DNA of 56,597 nucleotides from an uncultured Chlorobiaceae bacterium (GTDB lineage Bacteria; Bacteroidota; Chlorobiia; Chlorobiales; Chlorobiaceae): positions 1-56,597 of the forward strand of contig CAILXB010000134.1 of assembly GCA_903838025.1 (NCBI GenBank), written 5' to 3'. The notes under the pieces are model-generated. The model was given only the letters and a program-made list of their open reading frames with translations, had not been told where the DNA came from and searched no databases. The position numbers and the translations under genes were made by a program. Of this stretch, positions 1-12,906 are shown piece by piece. Position 1 is the first letter of the stretch. Every line of letters starts with the position of its first letter.

Positions 1-30
1 ATGACCCAGATCGAAGTTATTTCGCTTTAA
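1..30 (+). CDS. rplU: 50S ribosomal protein L21, 3' end (partial)
   Basis: MTQIEVISL* directly upstream of rpmA; the rplU-rpmA order is conserved. Confidence 0.75.
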   Translation: MTQIEVISL

Positions 31-66
31 GAGAATTCACAGGATTTTTAACGTTAATTTTTTGTT

Positions 67-321
67 ATGGCTCATAAAAAAGGTGGCGGATCGACTAAAA
101 ACGGTCGCGATAGTAATCCGAAATATCTCGGAGTCAAGGCTGCAGGTGGCTCTACCGTAGCCGCAGGTACCATTATCCTTCGTCAGAGAGGTACTGTTAT
201 CAAGCCGGGCATCAATGCCGGATTGGGACGTGATCATACCATTTTTGCTCTGGTAGACGGCGTCGTTACCTTCCGCAACGGACGGAACAACAAAAAGCAG
301 GTCAACATTATGCCTTGCTGA
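67..321 (+). CDS. rpmA: 50S ribosomal protein L27
   Basis: [16 protein letters not shown]...IILRQRGT...GRDHTIFAL signature. Confidence 0.98.
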   Translation: MAHKKGGGSTKNGRDSNPKYLGVKAAGGSTVAAGTIILRQRGTVIKPGINAGLGRDHTIFALVDGVVTFRNGRNNKKQVNIMPC

Positions 322-357
322 GTTGGGGTTGCCGATAAAAGAAGTTTCAATCGAGGG

Positions 358-390
358 AAGCCGTCTTGCTACAGTAAGGCGGCTTTTTTT
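358..390 (+). terminator. Rho-independent terminator after rpmA
   Basis: aagccgtcttgc-taca-gtaaggcggctt stem followed by a T run. Confidence 0.85.
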
Positions 391-416
391 ATTTCACATC
401 ACTAACTATTTATTGA

Positions 417-1355
<939 letters not shown>

Positions 1356-1373
1356 AAAATTGATGACGAAGAG

Positions 1374-1408
1374 AAAAAAGCGGATGGGCAACCATCCGCT
1401 TTTTTTTT
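1374..1408. terminator. Bidirectional terminator between mdh and the agmatine deiminase gene
   Basis: A-run, gcggatgg-gcaa-ccatccgc, T-run between convergent genes. Confidence 0.9.
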
Positions 1409-2456
1409 ACCCAGGAAGTTCAGGTTCTTCGTGCGTGATGCAATGAATGGAACCAAGCCCCCAGACAAGATCGGTAGAGTCAATACCGACAACCCTTCTA
1501 CCGGGGAAAAACTCTTGTAAGATATCGAGGGCTTGTTGATCTTGCTGGCAGTTGTAGGTAGGGACAAGCACCACTGTATTGGCGATATAAAAATTTGCAT
1601 AGCTTGCCGGAAGACGGAATCCTTCGAATGAGAGGGGTGATGGCATGGGAAGTTTTACCACGTTCAGTGGATTACCTCTGAGGTCTGTATATGTTTTGAG
1701 CCTCTTGTAGTTCTCCTGCAACGCTTCGTAATTGACATCAGTCGGCTCTTCCTCAACCGCAATCACTACAGTCGTCTCATTGACAAAACGGGCCATATCA
1801 TCAACATGGCCATCGGTATCATCGCCAGCAATTCCATCGCCAAGCCAGAGAACCTTTTGAACACCGAGGTATCGGCAAAGTACCTGTTCAATCTGCTCAC
1901 GGCTCAGCGAGGGGTTGCGATTGGGATTCAAAAGGCACGCTTCACTGGTCAGCACCAGCCCTTTTCCGTTGACGTCAATTGAGCCTCCTTCAAGAATCAT
2001 CCCAGGCGACACCAGCGGCAACTGCTGCAGAGCAGCGATACGCTCCGGCACGGCATTGTCTTCATGATAGAAGCTGTATTTTTCGCCCCAGGCATTGAAC
2101 TGCCAGTTCATGATCACTTTTTCACTCTTTCCTCCGCTTTGACGGAAAACGTAGTTCGGCCCATGATCGCGGCACCAGGCGTCATTGGTTGGAATACGGT
2201 GCAGAAAAATTCGTTCCCTGCGCAGTTGCTCGTGCTCAGCGTTATGGAAGAGAGCAAGCACTTCGCGCTCCATCGCCTCATCAACCACGTTGATATGCAC
2301 CTCTTCGGAAGAGCTCAGCCAAGAGGCAATTGCCACAAAAACAGCGGGAACCGGCTCAAACTTTCCGGGCCAGGTTTTAAGCCGGTGTGGCCAGGAGAGC
2401 CAGGTTGCTTTATGAAAAGCCCACTCGGGGGGCATGAAATAACTCGACTCAATCAT
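1407..2456 (-). CDS. aguA: Agmatine deiminase family protein
   Basis: MPPEW, WCRDHGP, LEGGSIDVNG, DDTDGHVD, ASYANF, GSIHCIT. Confidence 0.92.
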   Translation of the reverse strand: MIESSYFMPPEWAFHKATWLSWPHRLKTWPGKFEPVPAVFVAIASWLSSSEEVHINVVDEAMEREVLALFHNAEHEQLRRERIFLHRIPTNDAWCRDHGPNYVFRQSGGKSEKVIMNWQFNAWGEKYSFYHEDNAVPERIAALQQLPLVSPGMILEGGSIDVNGKGLVLTSEACLLNPNRNPSLSREQIEQVLCRYLGVQKVLWLGDGIAGDDTDGHVDDMARFVNETTVVIAVEEEPTDVNYEALQENYKRLKTYTDLRGNPLNVVKLPMPSPLSFEGFRLPASYANFYIANTVVLVPTYNCQQDQQALDILQEFFPGRRVVGIDSTDLVWGLGSIHCITHEEPELPG

Positions 2457-2471
2457 AAAAAAGAGCTCCGT

Positions 2472-3734
2472 TCAGGGTTTTGCGCCGATGCTGGCAGCAA
2501 GCTTTCTGATGCGCAGAATACGCTGCAACACTGGCGGATGGGAGTAGTTGAGAAACACGTAAAAAGGATGCGGCGTCAGATTCGAGAGATTGTTGCGCGA
2601 CAATTTTTTTAATGCATCAGCCAGAGTGGCACCCCCTTCAAAGGTTGATACGGCAAAAGCATCAGCTTCGTACTCATGTTTGCGTGAAAGTACCTGCATG
2701 ACAAGAGAGATGAGCCACTGTACAGGAGTATAGAGGAGCGAGAAAAAGATCAGGCTGCCATAGACGGAGAGATCTTGCATAAAAAACGCATCAAAAAGGG
2801 TGCGGTTTTTCATAAAGAGGGAGAGAAGAAAAAAGAGAGCCCCAAGGTTGCAGAGGCTGAGCACCATCGTGATGATGATGTGCTTTTTCTTGAAATGGCC
2901 TATTTCGTGGGCGAGCACCGCTACCAGCTCGGAAACAGGATGAGTGGAGATGAGGGTGTCGAAAAGGGCAATTCGCTTGCGTTTTCCGAAGCCGGTAAAA
3001 AAGGCATTGGCCTTGGCAGAGCGCTTTGATCCGTCAAGAACGTAAATGCCAGTGAGCGGAAAGGCAACCGTTTCGGCATAGTGCACAATCGCACTTTTCA
3101 GCTCACCCTCTTCAATCGGCACAAATTTGTTGAAAAGTGGCATAATCCAGGTAGGAGCAATATACTGGAGAGCGAGAGAGACTGTCGTAATCCCGCCCCA
3201 TGCCCAGAGCCAGGCCAGAGAACCGGCGACCTCAAAAAACCAGAGCACCGCAGCAAGCAGAGGGATACCGAGCAGAAGTGAAAGTGCAAGGGTTTTGAAA
3301 AGATCCGCAGCAAAGAGCGCTGGGGTAGTTTTGTTAAAGCCGAATTTCTCCTCAATGACAAAGGTTTTGTAGAGGCTGAAGGGAAGATCAATCAGCGACT
3401 GGATCAGCAGTAACACTCCGATATAGAGTACTCCGCATACAATCGGCTGAAAACCAAAACCCCGCAAAATCTGGTCGAGCCAGTTAAATCCCCCCGAAAA
3501 CCAGAAAAAAAGAAGAAATGAGAGGTCAACCGCCGCGCCGAACAGCGAAAAACGAGTTGAGGTGTGCAAATAATCGTGTGACTTTTGGTAAGCGGCTTCG
3601 TCGAAGAGTCCGACAAACTCATCTGGCACTACAGCTTTCGCCGCCTTGAGATTGAGCAGTTCCGAAACCAGTTTGACAAAAAAGGTGATGAGCAACGTCC
3701 AAAAAATAATTGCACCGAAAAGGTTCATAAGCAA
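2472..3734 (-). CDS. M48 family (Ste24-like) membrane zinc metallopeptidase
   Basis: Multiple TM segments, ANAFFTG, HEIGH zinc motif, EYEADAF, YSHPP. Confidence 0.93.
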   Translation of the reverse strand: MLMNLFGAIIFWTLLITFFVKLVSELLNLKAAKAVVPDEFVGLFDEAAYQKSHDYLHTSTRFSLFGAAVDLSFLLFFWFSGGFNWLDQILRGFGFQPIVCGVLYIGVLLLIQSLIDLPFSLYKTFVIEEKFGFNKTTPALFAADLFKTLALSLLLGIPLLAAVLWFFEVAGSLAWLWAWGGITTVSLALQYIAPTWIMPLFNKFVPIEEGELKSAIVHYAETVAFPLTGIYVLDGSKRSAKANAFFTGFGKRKRIALFDTLISTHPVSELVAVLAHEIGHFKKKHIIITMVLSLCNLGALFFLLSLFMKNRTLFDAFFMQDLSVYGSLIFFSLLYTPVQWLISLVMQVLSRKHEYEADAFAVSTFEGGATLADALKKLSRNNLSNLTPHPFYVFLNYSHPPVLQRILRIRKLAASIGAKP

Positions 3735-3782
3735 AAGATCTATTTGAAAAGAAAATCAATCAGACAGGATGCTCCTGGCTCA

Positions 3783-4658
3783 TTATTCATCAAGATAACG
3801 TTTCTGAAGTTCAGCGTAGGTTTCAATTCGGCGATCACGCAAAAAGGGCCAATGCGAGCGATAAAAGGCGATACGACTCCGGTCACAAGTGGCATGAAGA
3901 GTGGTTTCATGCTGATGTGCCGCCTCCTCAATAATCTGGCCAAAGGGATCGCAGACAAAACTATTTCCCCAGAACTCCAGCTCATCCTCACTTCCCACCC
4001 TGTTGGCGGCTGCCACAAAAACCCCGTTGGCAATGGCGTGGCTCTTTTGTATGGTTATCCATGCCTCCTGCTGCGCCCGACGCACTTCCGACGAAGGCTC
4101 GCTGGTTGCCCATCCGATTGCCGTTGGATAAAAGAGAATTTCCGCCCCCTGAAGCACCGTCAGCCTTGCCGCTTCAGGGTACCATTGATCCCAGCAAATC
4201 AGCACGCCAATGGTGGCATAGCGAGTCTTAAATACCTTGTAGCCCAGATCGCCCGGTGTAAAATAAAACTTTTCATAAAAGCCTGGATCGTCCGGAATGT
4301 GCATTTTACGGTACTTTCCAAGATAGCTCCCATCTGCATCAATGACGACGGCTGTGTTGTGATAGAGTCCCCTCGCTCTTGTTTCAAAGAGTGAGGCAAC
4401 AAGTACAACCTCAAGCTCACGGGCAAGCTCCTGCATCGCAAGTGTTGAGGGGCCGGGCACAGGTTCAGCATGACGAAACGAATCATAATCCTCCGTCTGG
4501 CAAAAATAACGGGTCTGAAAAAGCTCCTGCAAGCAGATAATGCGAGCCCCCTTGCCTGCTGCCTCCCGTATTTTGCTGCACGCTTTGGCCATATTTTCAA
4601 CTGGAGCACTTGTGCAGGCGGTTTGAATGAGCGCTATCGGAACCATTTCAGAGGTCAT
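3783..4658 (-). CDS. aguB: Carbon-nitrogen hydrolase, N-carbamoylputrescine amidase-like
   Basis: LQELF, YRKMHIP and ICWDQW give the Glu-Lys-Cys triad; same strand as aguA; start moved to ATG 4658. Confidence 0.85.
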   Translation of the reverse strand: MTSEMVPIALIQTACTSAPVENMAKACSKIREAAGKGARIICLQELFQTRYFCQTEDYDSFRHAEPVPGPSTLAMQELARELEVVLVASLFETRARGLYHNTAVVIDADGSYLGKYRKMHIPDDPGFYEKFYFTPGDLGYKVFKTRYATIGVLICWDQWYPEAARLTVLQGAEILFYPTAIGWATSEPSSEVRRAQQEAWITIQKSHAIANGVFVAAANRVGSEDELEFWGNSFVCDPFGQIIEEAAHQHETTLHATCDRSRIAFYRSHWPFLRDRRIETYAELQKRYLDE

Positions 4659-4674
4659 GACCGGGGGCGAGTGA

Positions 4675-7001
<2,327 letters not shown>

Positions 7002-7185
7002 AATATCATTTTTTCTTTCAGATAGAATGTTCTTTAATATAACACATTTCCAACACATCTGTACCCCTGCGAAAAAACCATAGGAGGTCGCCAAGTAAGT
7101 GCACTCACTTGACTCAGATAACGTTTTCGTTGTCAACAACGAAAACGCCACTAATCACCGCACAAACACACTACGCACTTCCAAC

Positions 7186-7914
7186 TTATTTTTTGTATGT
7201 TTCGTACCAGTCATGGAGGGTTTGGGCACTGAAAATATGGTTGCCGGTTTGATGTCCATGGATTTTGAGATATCTGCCCGGCACAAATGATGTTTCGGAA
7301 CTCCCTTTTGCCTGACTGATGTCAACATGCCAGAGTCCTCCGTTAAAGTCTCTCAGCACAAGACGGTGACTGCTTTTGATGTATTCAATGACTCGACCGC
7401 CAAGAAATCCTCCGGCTGGATCGCTCCATTGCCCTTCACTGTAATCAACAAGCTCATGGTAACCATTAAAATTTTTTTCAAAAAAATCGCTCGTGTACTC
7501 GCCAACCATTGTGGCATTAAAACCAATACTGAGCGCAATGCTGACCAACAGAAATCCCGCAACAAAGCGTTTTCCGGAATATTGATACCCTTTTTTTGTG
7601 TGACGCACGCCGTAAAACGCAACCAGCGTCACCAGAGCAAGCAGCGACAGCCATGCGTAAGGTATGCTTAAAATGATGTTGCCGATTATTGGGTGTTTTG
7701 TAAAAAAGAGCGTACTGTAATAGTGGTCAACCAAAAAATCGTGATTGAATAAAAGAGAGTTACTTGTTGCCAGGGAGATCCCTCCAACCAGAAGTGCAAT
7801 AGCGGCGAGCAGCCAAAAGCCGCCCCATTTTAAAATAAAACGCCACCGGGGAATCGGTACTATTGCCCTTTTTTCAATTTCTTCAAGGATGGATTCAGCT
7901 CTGTCTTTTGCCAT
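7186..7914 (-). CDS. Membrane protein downstream of ECF sigma (anti-sigma candidate)
   Basis: About 3 TM segments plus a soluble C-terminal domain; 11 nt downstream of the ECF gene. Confidence 0.6.
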   Translation of the reverse strand: MAKDRAESILEEIEKRAIVPIPRWRFILKWGGFWLLAAIALLVGGISLATSNSLLFNHDFLVDHYYSTLFFTKHPIIGNIILSIPYAWLSLLALVTLVAFYGVRHTKKGYQYSGKRFVAGFLLVSIALSIGFNATMVGEYTSDFFEKNFNGYHELVDYSEGQWSDPAGGFLGGRVIEYIKSSHRLVLRDFNGGLWHVDISQAKGSSETSFVPGRYLKIHGHQTGNHIFSAQTLHDWYETYKK

Positions 7915-7925
7915 ATTTTTTATCG

Positions 7926-8516
7926 TTAACCCTTTTTCAAATAAATCTTTAATTTTTCATTAGCCTCACTGAGCAATGGCTCAATACTTCTGATCGGCAG
8001 TCGCAGAATATCAGCCATCTCTTCGTCAGTTTTTTCTTCAAAAAATTTTAAGACAACAACGTTACGCCACCTGGCATCAAGCTGATCGACAGCCGCCCGT
8101 ACCTCCTCAGGAGTTGTGAGCATCTGGCCATCTACTCCCTTCAGACCCAATGTATCTACAATGGCCGTAAACGAAGCTGAATCATCTTCGATAGTTACAG
8201 CTCCCGAGTCCTTTTTTGATCGAGGCAAATAATCGGCTATTTCATCATGGGCAATTCGATAAATCCATGACGAAAATGGAATGGAATCGTCATATTCATT
8301 GAGGTAAATGTATGTTTTGATGAACACCTCCATCAGCAATTTCTGTGCTGATGCAAAATCGTCGCGCATCACGCGAGAGATGTAGCGTAACAGGGGTGCC
8401 TCATAACGTCGAACGATAGAAGCGTAGGCACCCTTGCTCTCAAGCGCCTGAATCACCAGCGCCTGATCTGAGTATTGCTGCTGATCCCGATCAAGCCATA
8501 TTCTGTGAAAACCCAT
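7926..8516 (-). CDS. ECF-type sigma-70 family factor (divergent)
   Basis: Region 2-like EVFIKTY...FSSWIYRIA; region 4-like LKFFEEKTDEEMADIL. Confidence 0.8.
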   Translation of the reverse strand: MGFHRIWLDRDQQQYSDQALVIQALESKGAYASIVRRYEAPLLRYISRVMRDDFASAQKLLMEVFIKTYIYLNEYDDSIPFSSWIYRIAHDEIADYLPRSKKDSGAVTIEDDSASFTAIVDTLGLKGVDGQMLTTPEEVRAAVDQLDARWRNVVVLKFFEEKTDEEMADILRLPIRSIEPLLSEANEKLKIYLKKG

Positions 8517-8772
8517 CGAACCGCCAGGATAATATTAAAAAAAAGCAGTTGAAACGGCAACACCGCCGCTCCATAATAAGAAATAGTAACGAAAATTTCA
8601 CGCCCAACGCCCCCCTGCAACACTTTTTCATTTTTGACGCAACGAACTGAACAGCTTTTTTGAGCGTTTCGTTTATATTGTCAGAAATAATTTACCGGCT
8701 TTCTTCAGATTATGAATCCGTGGCAAGGGTTGGTTGGACGCTTTCCCATCAAGCTCAATAAAGAAAAACGAT

Positions 8773-10458
8773 ATGAAAGAACTCTCTGATGTTGCCCTTC
8801 TTTTTGTTGATGATGAACAAGATACGCTCGATTCATTAAGCCGTTTTTTACGCAGGGAGCCGTACATAAAACACTTTGCCACAAGTGGCAAGGAGGCTCT
8901 TGAGCTACTTGAAACCTGCAATATTGCGATTCTGTTAACCGACCTTCGCATGCCGGAAATGTCGGGCATGGAGCTGATCAGCCAGGTAAAAACCAGCCAT
9001 CCGGATATCGTGCGCATTATTCTCAGCGGTATTCATGATATTGACCAGATTATTGAATCCATCAATACAGGGGAAGTGTTCCGTTTTATTCCAAAGCCTA
9101 TCGAGCCCCAGGGATTTAAAAAAATCATTACGGATGCCATTGACTACTATCAACTTAAAACAGAACGGGAAGTCCTGTTTGACCAGCTTGCCAGAAAAAA
9201 CCGTGACTTGTCGAAGGCAAATGAAGCGCTCCGCGTTATTTCGGCAGAATTACGGCAGAGCGAAACACAGTTCCGATCAATGAATGATGCCGTGCTTGAT
9301 CCCATTTTTCTGCTCAACGATCAAGGATTTATTGTGTATGTCAACATTGCGGCTGAAACCCTTTTTGGCATAACCGAGGAGGCATTTCACTCAAAAAATT
9401 TTCTCGATATTATTTTACCACAATCCGAAGCATGCTCTCTGTATGATGGTTGCAAGAAAGTGGACAACAACCTTGTCTCTCTGCGAGATGGTAACGTCCG
9501 GCGAATCGATGGCATTAAAAAAGATGGCACTTCCATACCTCTTGAAGTCACAACAGGCGCAGTCACCTTTGACGGGATTCATCATACCGTTATTATTGCA
9601 AGAGATATCTCGACGCGGATTGAAGAGGAGGAGAGCAGAGAGCGTTACGAAAACATGCAGCAGGAGCTTGAGTCGCAAATTGAACAGAAGCTTTTACAAA
9701 GTACAATCCCCAACTCCCTTGACGGGGCTTCAATGAGCCAGTTCACCATCTCTTCAGGTCATCTGAACGGCGACTTTACCGAATTTATTCTTTACGACAA
9801 CAAGCATGCTGATATTTTTATTGGCGATGTCATGGGGCACGGCATCCTCTCTGCTCTGGTCGGTGCGGGTTTAAAATCACTTTTTCTGAAAACAGTTGCA
9901 CAAAAAAAACACCAGAACCATCAACTGCCTGATTTGGAGGGTATTGCCACCCAGTTGCATGCTCAGTGCATTTTTGAGCTTCTTGATATCGGTATTTATG
10001 CAACACTTTTATTTTTACGCCTTGATCTGGAAAAAGGGGTATTCTCTATGATCGACTGTGGCCACACCCCTACCATCCATTTTCATGCCGATGATGGAAC
10101 CTGTACGCTGCTCAAGGGAGAAAACCTTCCTGTTGGGATGATTGAAGAGCAGCAATACCGTACAGTTTGCTTCCCACTCAAAGATGACGACATCTTTGTG
10201 ATGTACTCCGACGGTATTACTGAAAGCATTTTGCCCGACAACACAATGTTCGGAACAGAGCGACTTTGTGATTTAATTGTTGAGCATCACAAGCTTCAGC
10301 CTGATGCGTTGATAGAAAAAATCAGCGCGAATGTTTTTGAGGCTACCGGAAGACGTACCTTCGATGATGATGCCACCTGCATTGTAATCCGTATAGGCTC
10401 CACGCGAGGCATAGCCGTAAAACTCCCAGGCGAAAAGCAATCAACGAAGGGAGAGTAG
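8773..10458 (+). CDS. REC-PAS-SpoIIE (PP2C) phosphatase, RsbU-like
   Basis: LFVDDE/LTDLRMP/FIPKP receiver; PAS (YVNIAAE...KDG...IARDIS); GDF, GDVMGHG, YSDGITE, DDDAT; start moved to ATG 8773. Confidence 0.9.
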   Translation: MKELSDVALLFVDDEQDTLDSLSRFLRREPYIKHFATSGKEALELLETCNIAILLTDLRMPEMSGMELISQVKTSHPDIVRIILSGIHDIDQIIESINTGEVFRFIPKPIEPQGFKKIITDAIDYYQLKTEREVLFDQLARKNRDLSKANEALRVISAELRQSETQFRSMNDAVLDPIFLLNDQGFIVYVNIAAETLFGITEEAFHSKNFLDIILPQSEACSLYDGCKKVDNNLVSLRDGNVRRIDGIKKDGTSIPLEVTTGAVTFDGIHHTVIIARDISTRIEEEESRERYENMQQELESQIEQKLLQSTIPNSLDGASMSQFTISSGHLNGDFTEFILYDNKHADIFIGDVMGHGILSALVGAGLKSLFLKTVAQKKHQNHQLPDLEGIATQLHAQCIFELLDIGIYATLLFLRLDLEKGVFSMIDCGHTPTIHFHADDGTCTLLKGENLPVGMIEEQQYRTVCFPLKDDDIFVMYSDGITESILPDNTMFGTERLCDLIVEHHKLQPDALIEKISANVFEATGRRTFDDDATCIVIRIGSTRGIAVKLPGEKQSTKGE

Positions 10459-10502
10459 TTTGGTGAATCAATAAAAATTCAGGGGTTGTCAATGCCATCA
10501 AA

Positions 10503-10568
10503 TTCAAGGATATTGCCATGACATCACAAGCCCTTTTCAACAGAACATATTAAAATGATTACGCATGA
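10503..10568 (+). pseudogene. Relic of the 3' end of gene 15030..16406
   Basis: FKDIAMTSQALFNRTY*NDYA* aligns ungapped to FKDIAMIQKALFNRIHQEDTV* (16341..16406), with the same ATGA overlap into STAS. Confidence 0.85.
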
Positions 10569-10888
10569 ACATCAGCGAAAAAAACATCAACAACTATACA
10601 ATTCTCTCTCTACAAGGTATTCTCAATGCCTCTTCTGCCCCTAAGCTGAAAACCTACATAGCAGGATTACCAGAGGAGCAATCTCTTGTCATTGACCTTG
10701 AAAATATTGAGTTTCTTGACAGCAGCGGCCTCGGTGCACTGGTTGGAATTGCACGTAAAAAAAAGACAACCAATACCGTTATGAAACTGGCCCGAATGAA
10801 TGATAGAGTCAAAAAAGTATTTGAAATCACTCAAGCATATACCCTTTTTGATATTTACGATGATGTTTCAGTTGCGGCAGAAGTTTGA
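10565..10888 (+). CDS. STAS-domain anti-anti-sigma protein (RsbV/SpoIIAA-like), copy 1
   Basis: IDLENIEFLDSSGLGALV phospho-Ser motif. Confidence 0.93.
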   Translation: MNISEKNINNYTILSLQGILNASSAPKLKTYIAGLPEEQSLVIDLENIEFLDSSGLGALVGIARKKKTTNTVMKLARMNDRVKKVFEITQAYTLFDIYDDVSVAAEV

Positions 10889-10914
10889 AAAAAAAGAGGC
10901 CAATCAAAACACCT

Positions 10915-11376
10915 ATGCATCCGATACTCACCTTGACCTTGCAGGCGGATCTCCGTTATGTACGTATTGCCTCAATTACAGCTTGTAATGTTGCGGAAAT
11001 TTTTGCTGATTCTAACAGCAATGCTGCCGACATCAGTGACTTTTGTCATGCATACGAGCTTGCCGTCAGTGAAGCCTTTACAAACTCAGTTCGCCATGCA
11101 AAACCCTCACAAACGGAAACGCAAATAACAGTACATGTCAGTTCCGAAAACAGTACACTTGTGGTATGTATCATTGATGCCAATCCACCATTTAACCCTG
11201 TGACCCAGGCTCCGGACATCAACAGTTATCCAGAGGGAGGATATGGGCTTTTTTTGATCCACCAGCTTATGGATACGGTTTTATACGCAAGGGAAAATGG
11301 TACAAACATTCTTACAATGAAAAAGAGGGCAACGATGACGCAAACCGCGAATACACGAACCATTAACCCCGAATGA
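10915..11376 (+). CDS. RsbW/SpoIIAB-like anti-sigma Ser kinase, copy 1
   Basis: ELAVSEAFTNSVRHA, PFNP, PEGGYGLFLI; ATG at 10915 preferred. Confidence 0.9.
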   Translation: MHPILTLTLQADLRYVRIASITACNVAEIFADSNSNAADISDFCHAYELAVSEAFTNSVRHAKPSQTETQITVHVSSENSTLVVCIIDANPPFNPVTQAPDINSYPEGGYGLFLIHQLMDTVLYARENGTNILTMKKRATMTQTANTRTINPE

Positions 11377-11380
11377 GGCA

Positions 11381-11449
11381 ACGGTGTCCGTCGTCATTGT
11401 CAAGAGCAACAACAGGGAAATCCTCAGCAACAGTCTCGACGCACTTTTC
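11381..11449 (+). pseudogene. Relic of the 5' end of GT2 gene 17223..18194
   Basis: TVSVVIVKSNNREILSNSLDALF vs MVSVIIVSYNTKDILRNCLQALF (13/23 identical); ACG in place of ATG. Confidence 0.8.
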
Positions 11450-11555
11450 GAGAACTGCATGCTTTCCCGGCAGACCGAGAAACCTTCGATAACGATATGA
11501 CCGGCATGGTCAACGGTATCAAGGAAAATGCATCACTAAATAATGGGCATGGTCT

Positions 11556-12896
11556 ATGTCTTCTGCGACAATACTTGTAATCAATGAGAAACAAAAGAGC
11601 GATCTCCAAGGCTTGATCTATAGAGAACGTCCACATCTCAAAGTCATACACTGTGAGAACATTACCGACGCCGAGTATCATATCCTTGCTGATAATATTG
11701 ACTTGATTCTTATGGCCCTGCATAAAAGGGCACCGGAAGAGTTGTTATTTATCCAGCATACTCTTGAAAAAAACCTGGCAAAAAAAGTGATTCTTGTCAG
11801 CGATCAAGACGAGTTAGGCAACACCTTGACCGCCTTGACTCAACTCCCGTCAGAGCAACTCCTGGCCGTTCTCGCGTCAAATACCCCGTCAACCGATAGA
11901 ACCCGATCCCTCTATAAATTTGCGGAACCGTCAACATCGGTTGTACGGCACTCCCCTTTTGGTCTCTTTGATTTTAAGGAACTTATAGGCGAGTCACCTG
12001 AAATGCAAAAGCTCAAAAAGCTGCTGGTTAAAATAGCGCCTACTGGAACAACAATTCTCATTCAGGGCGAAAGCGGCACCGGAAAGGAAGTTATTGCCCG
12101 TGCCATACACGCTCAAAGTGCAAGAAGCGACGAAGTCTTTATCCCTGTCGATTGCGCCGCCATCAACGACAGTATTATTGAGAGCGAGCTTTTCGGTCAC
12201 TCAAAAGGTGCCTTTACCGGAGCCGACCGCAGCACGCTTGGCATGATACGCTCTGCTGATAAAGGCACGCTTTTTCTTGACGAAATCGCTGAACTGCCTC
12301 TCTCAATGCAGGCAAAATTGCTCCGTACCCTTCAGGAGCGGGCGGTAAAACCTGTTGGCGAAACAAAAATTTATCCCGTTAATATCCGAATCATTGCTGC
12401 CACAAACTGCAACCTTACCGAAGCCGTCAAAAAAGGTACCTTTCGTCAGGACCTCTACTACCGCCTGAATGCCATTACCATTTTTGCCCCGCCGCTACGT
12501 GAGCAACGCTCTGATATCCCTCTTCTTTGCAATTACTTTCTTGATAAACTTATCAAGGAAGGCTATCCAGCCAAACATTTTTCCGAAAGTGCCATGAACG
12601 CCCTCCTGGCCTTCGACTGGCCGGGCAATATCCGTGAGCTCGAAAACGTCGTCCGTGGAGCCATAACCATCTCCCATGGCGATATTATGGAGCGCGACAG
12701 CCTCTCTTTCGATCACTGTCAGCCAAAAAATGATGAAAGCGTTGACAACCAACAAGCCGCAAGCATTGCCTCTCACGAAAAAGATGCAATCCGTAAAGCT
12801 CTCAATCAGACAACCGGGAACAGACGCGCCGCAGCCAAACTTCTCGGTATCAGCGAAGCAACACTTTACCGCCGCCTGAAAATCTACAACCTGTAG
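11556..12896 (+). CDS. Sigma54-dependent enhancer-binding activator with degenerate receiver
   Basis: GESGTGKE, ESELFGH, GAFTGA (12207..12224), FLDEI, FRQDLYYRL, WPGNIREL, Fis-type HTH. Confidence 0.95.
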   Translation: MSSATILVINEKQKSDLQGLIYRERPHLKVIHCENITDAEYHILADNIDLILMALHKRAPEELLFIQHTLEKNLAKKVILVSDQDELGNTLTALTQLPSEQLLAVLASNTPSTDRTRSLYKFAEPSTSVVRHSPFGLFDFKELIGESPEMQKLKKLLVKIAPTGTTILIQGESGTGKEVIARAIHAQSARSDEVFIPVDCAAINDSIIESELFGHSKGAFTGADRSTLGMIRSADKGTLFLDEIAELPLSMQAKLLRTLQERAVKPVGETKIYPVNIRIIAATNCNLTEAVKKGTFRQDLYYRLNAITIFAPPLREQRSDIPLLCNYFLDKLIKEGYPAKHFSESAMNALLAFDWPGNIRELENVVRGAITISHGDIMERDSLSFDHCQPKNDESVDNQQAASIASHEKDAIRKALNQTTGNRRAAAKLLGISEATLYRRLKIYNL

Positions 12897-12906
12897 CAGC
12901 TTTTCT

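Noticed and set aside
3585-4394. 269-aa plus-strand ORF
   Set aside because: Antisense shadow of aguB and the M48 gene, with no motifs
10565-11376. Calling the module a SigB general stress system (rsbV/rsbW symbols)
   Set aside because: No SigB-type sigma in the window; context points to EPS control, so symbols were withheld
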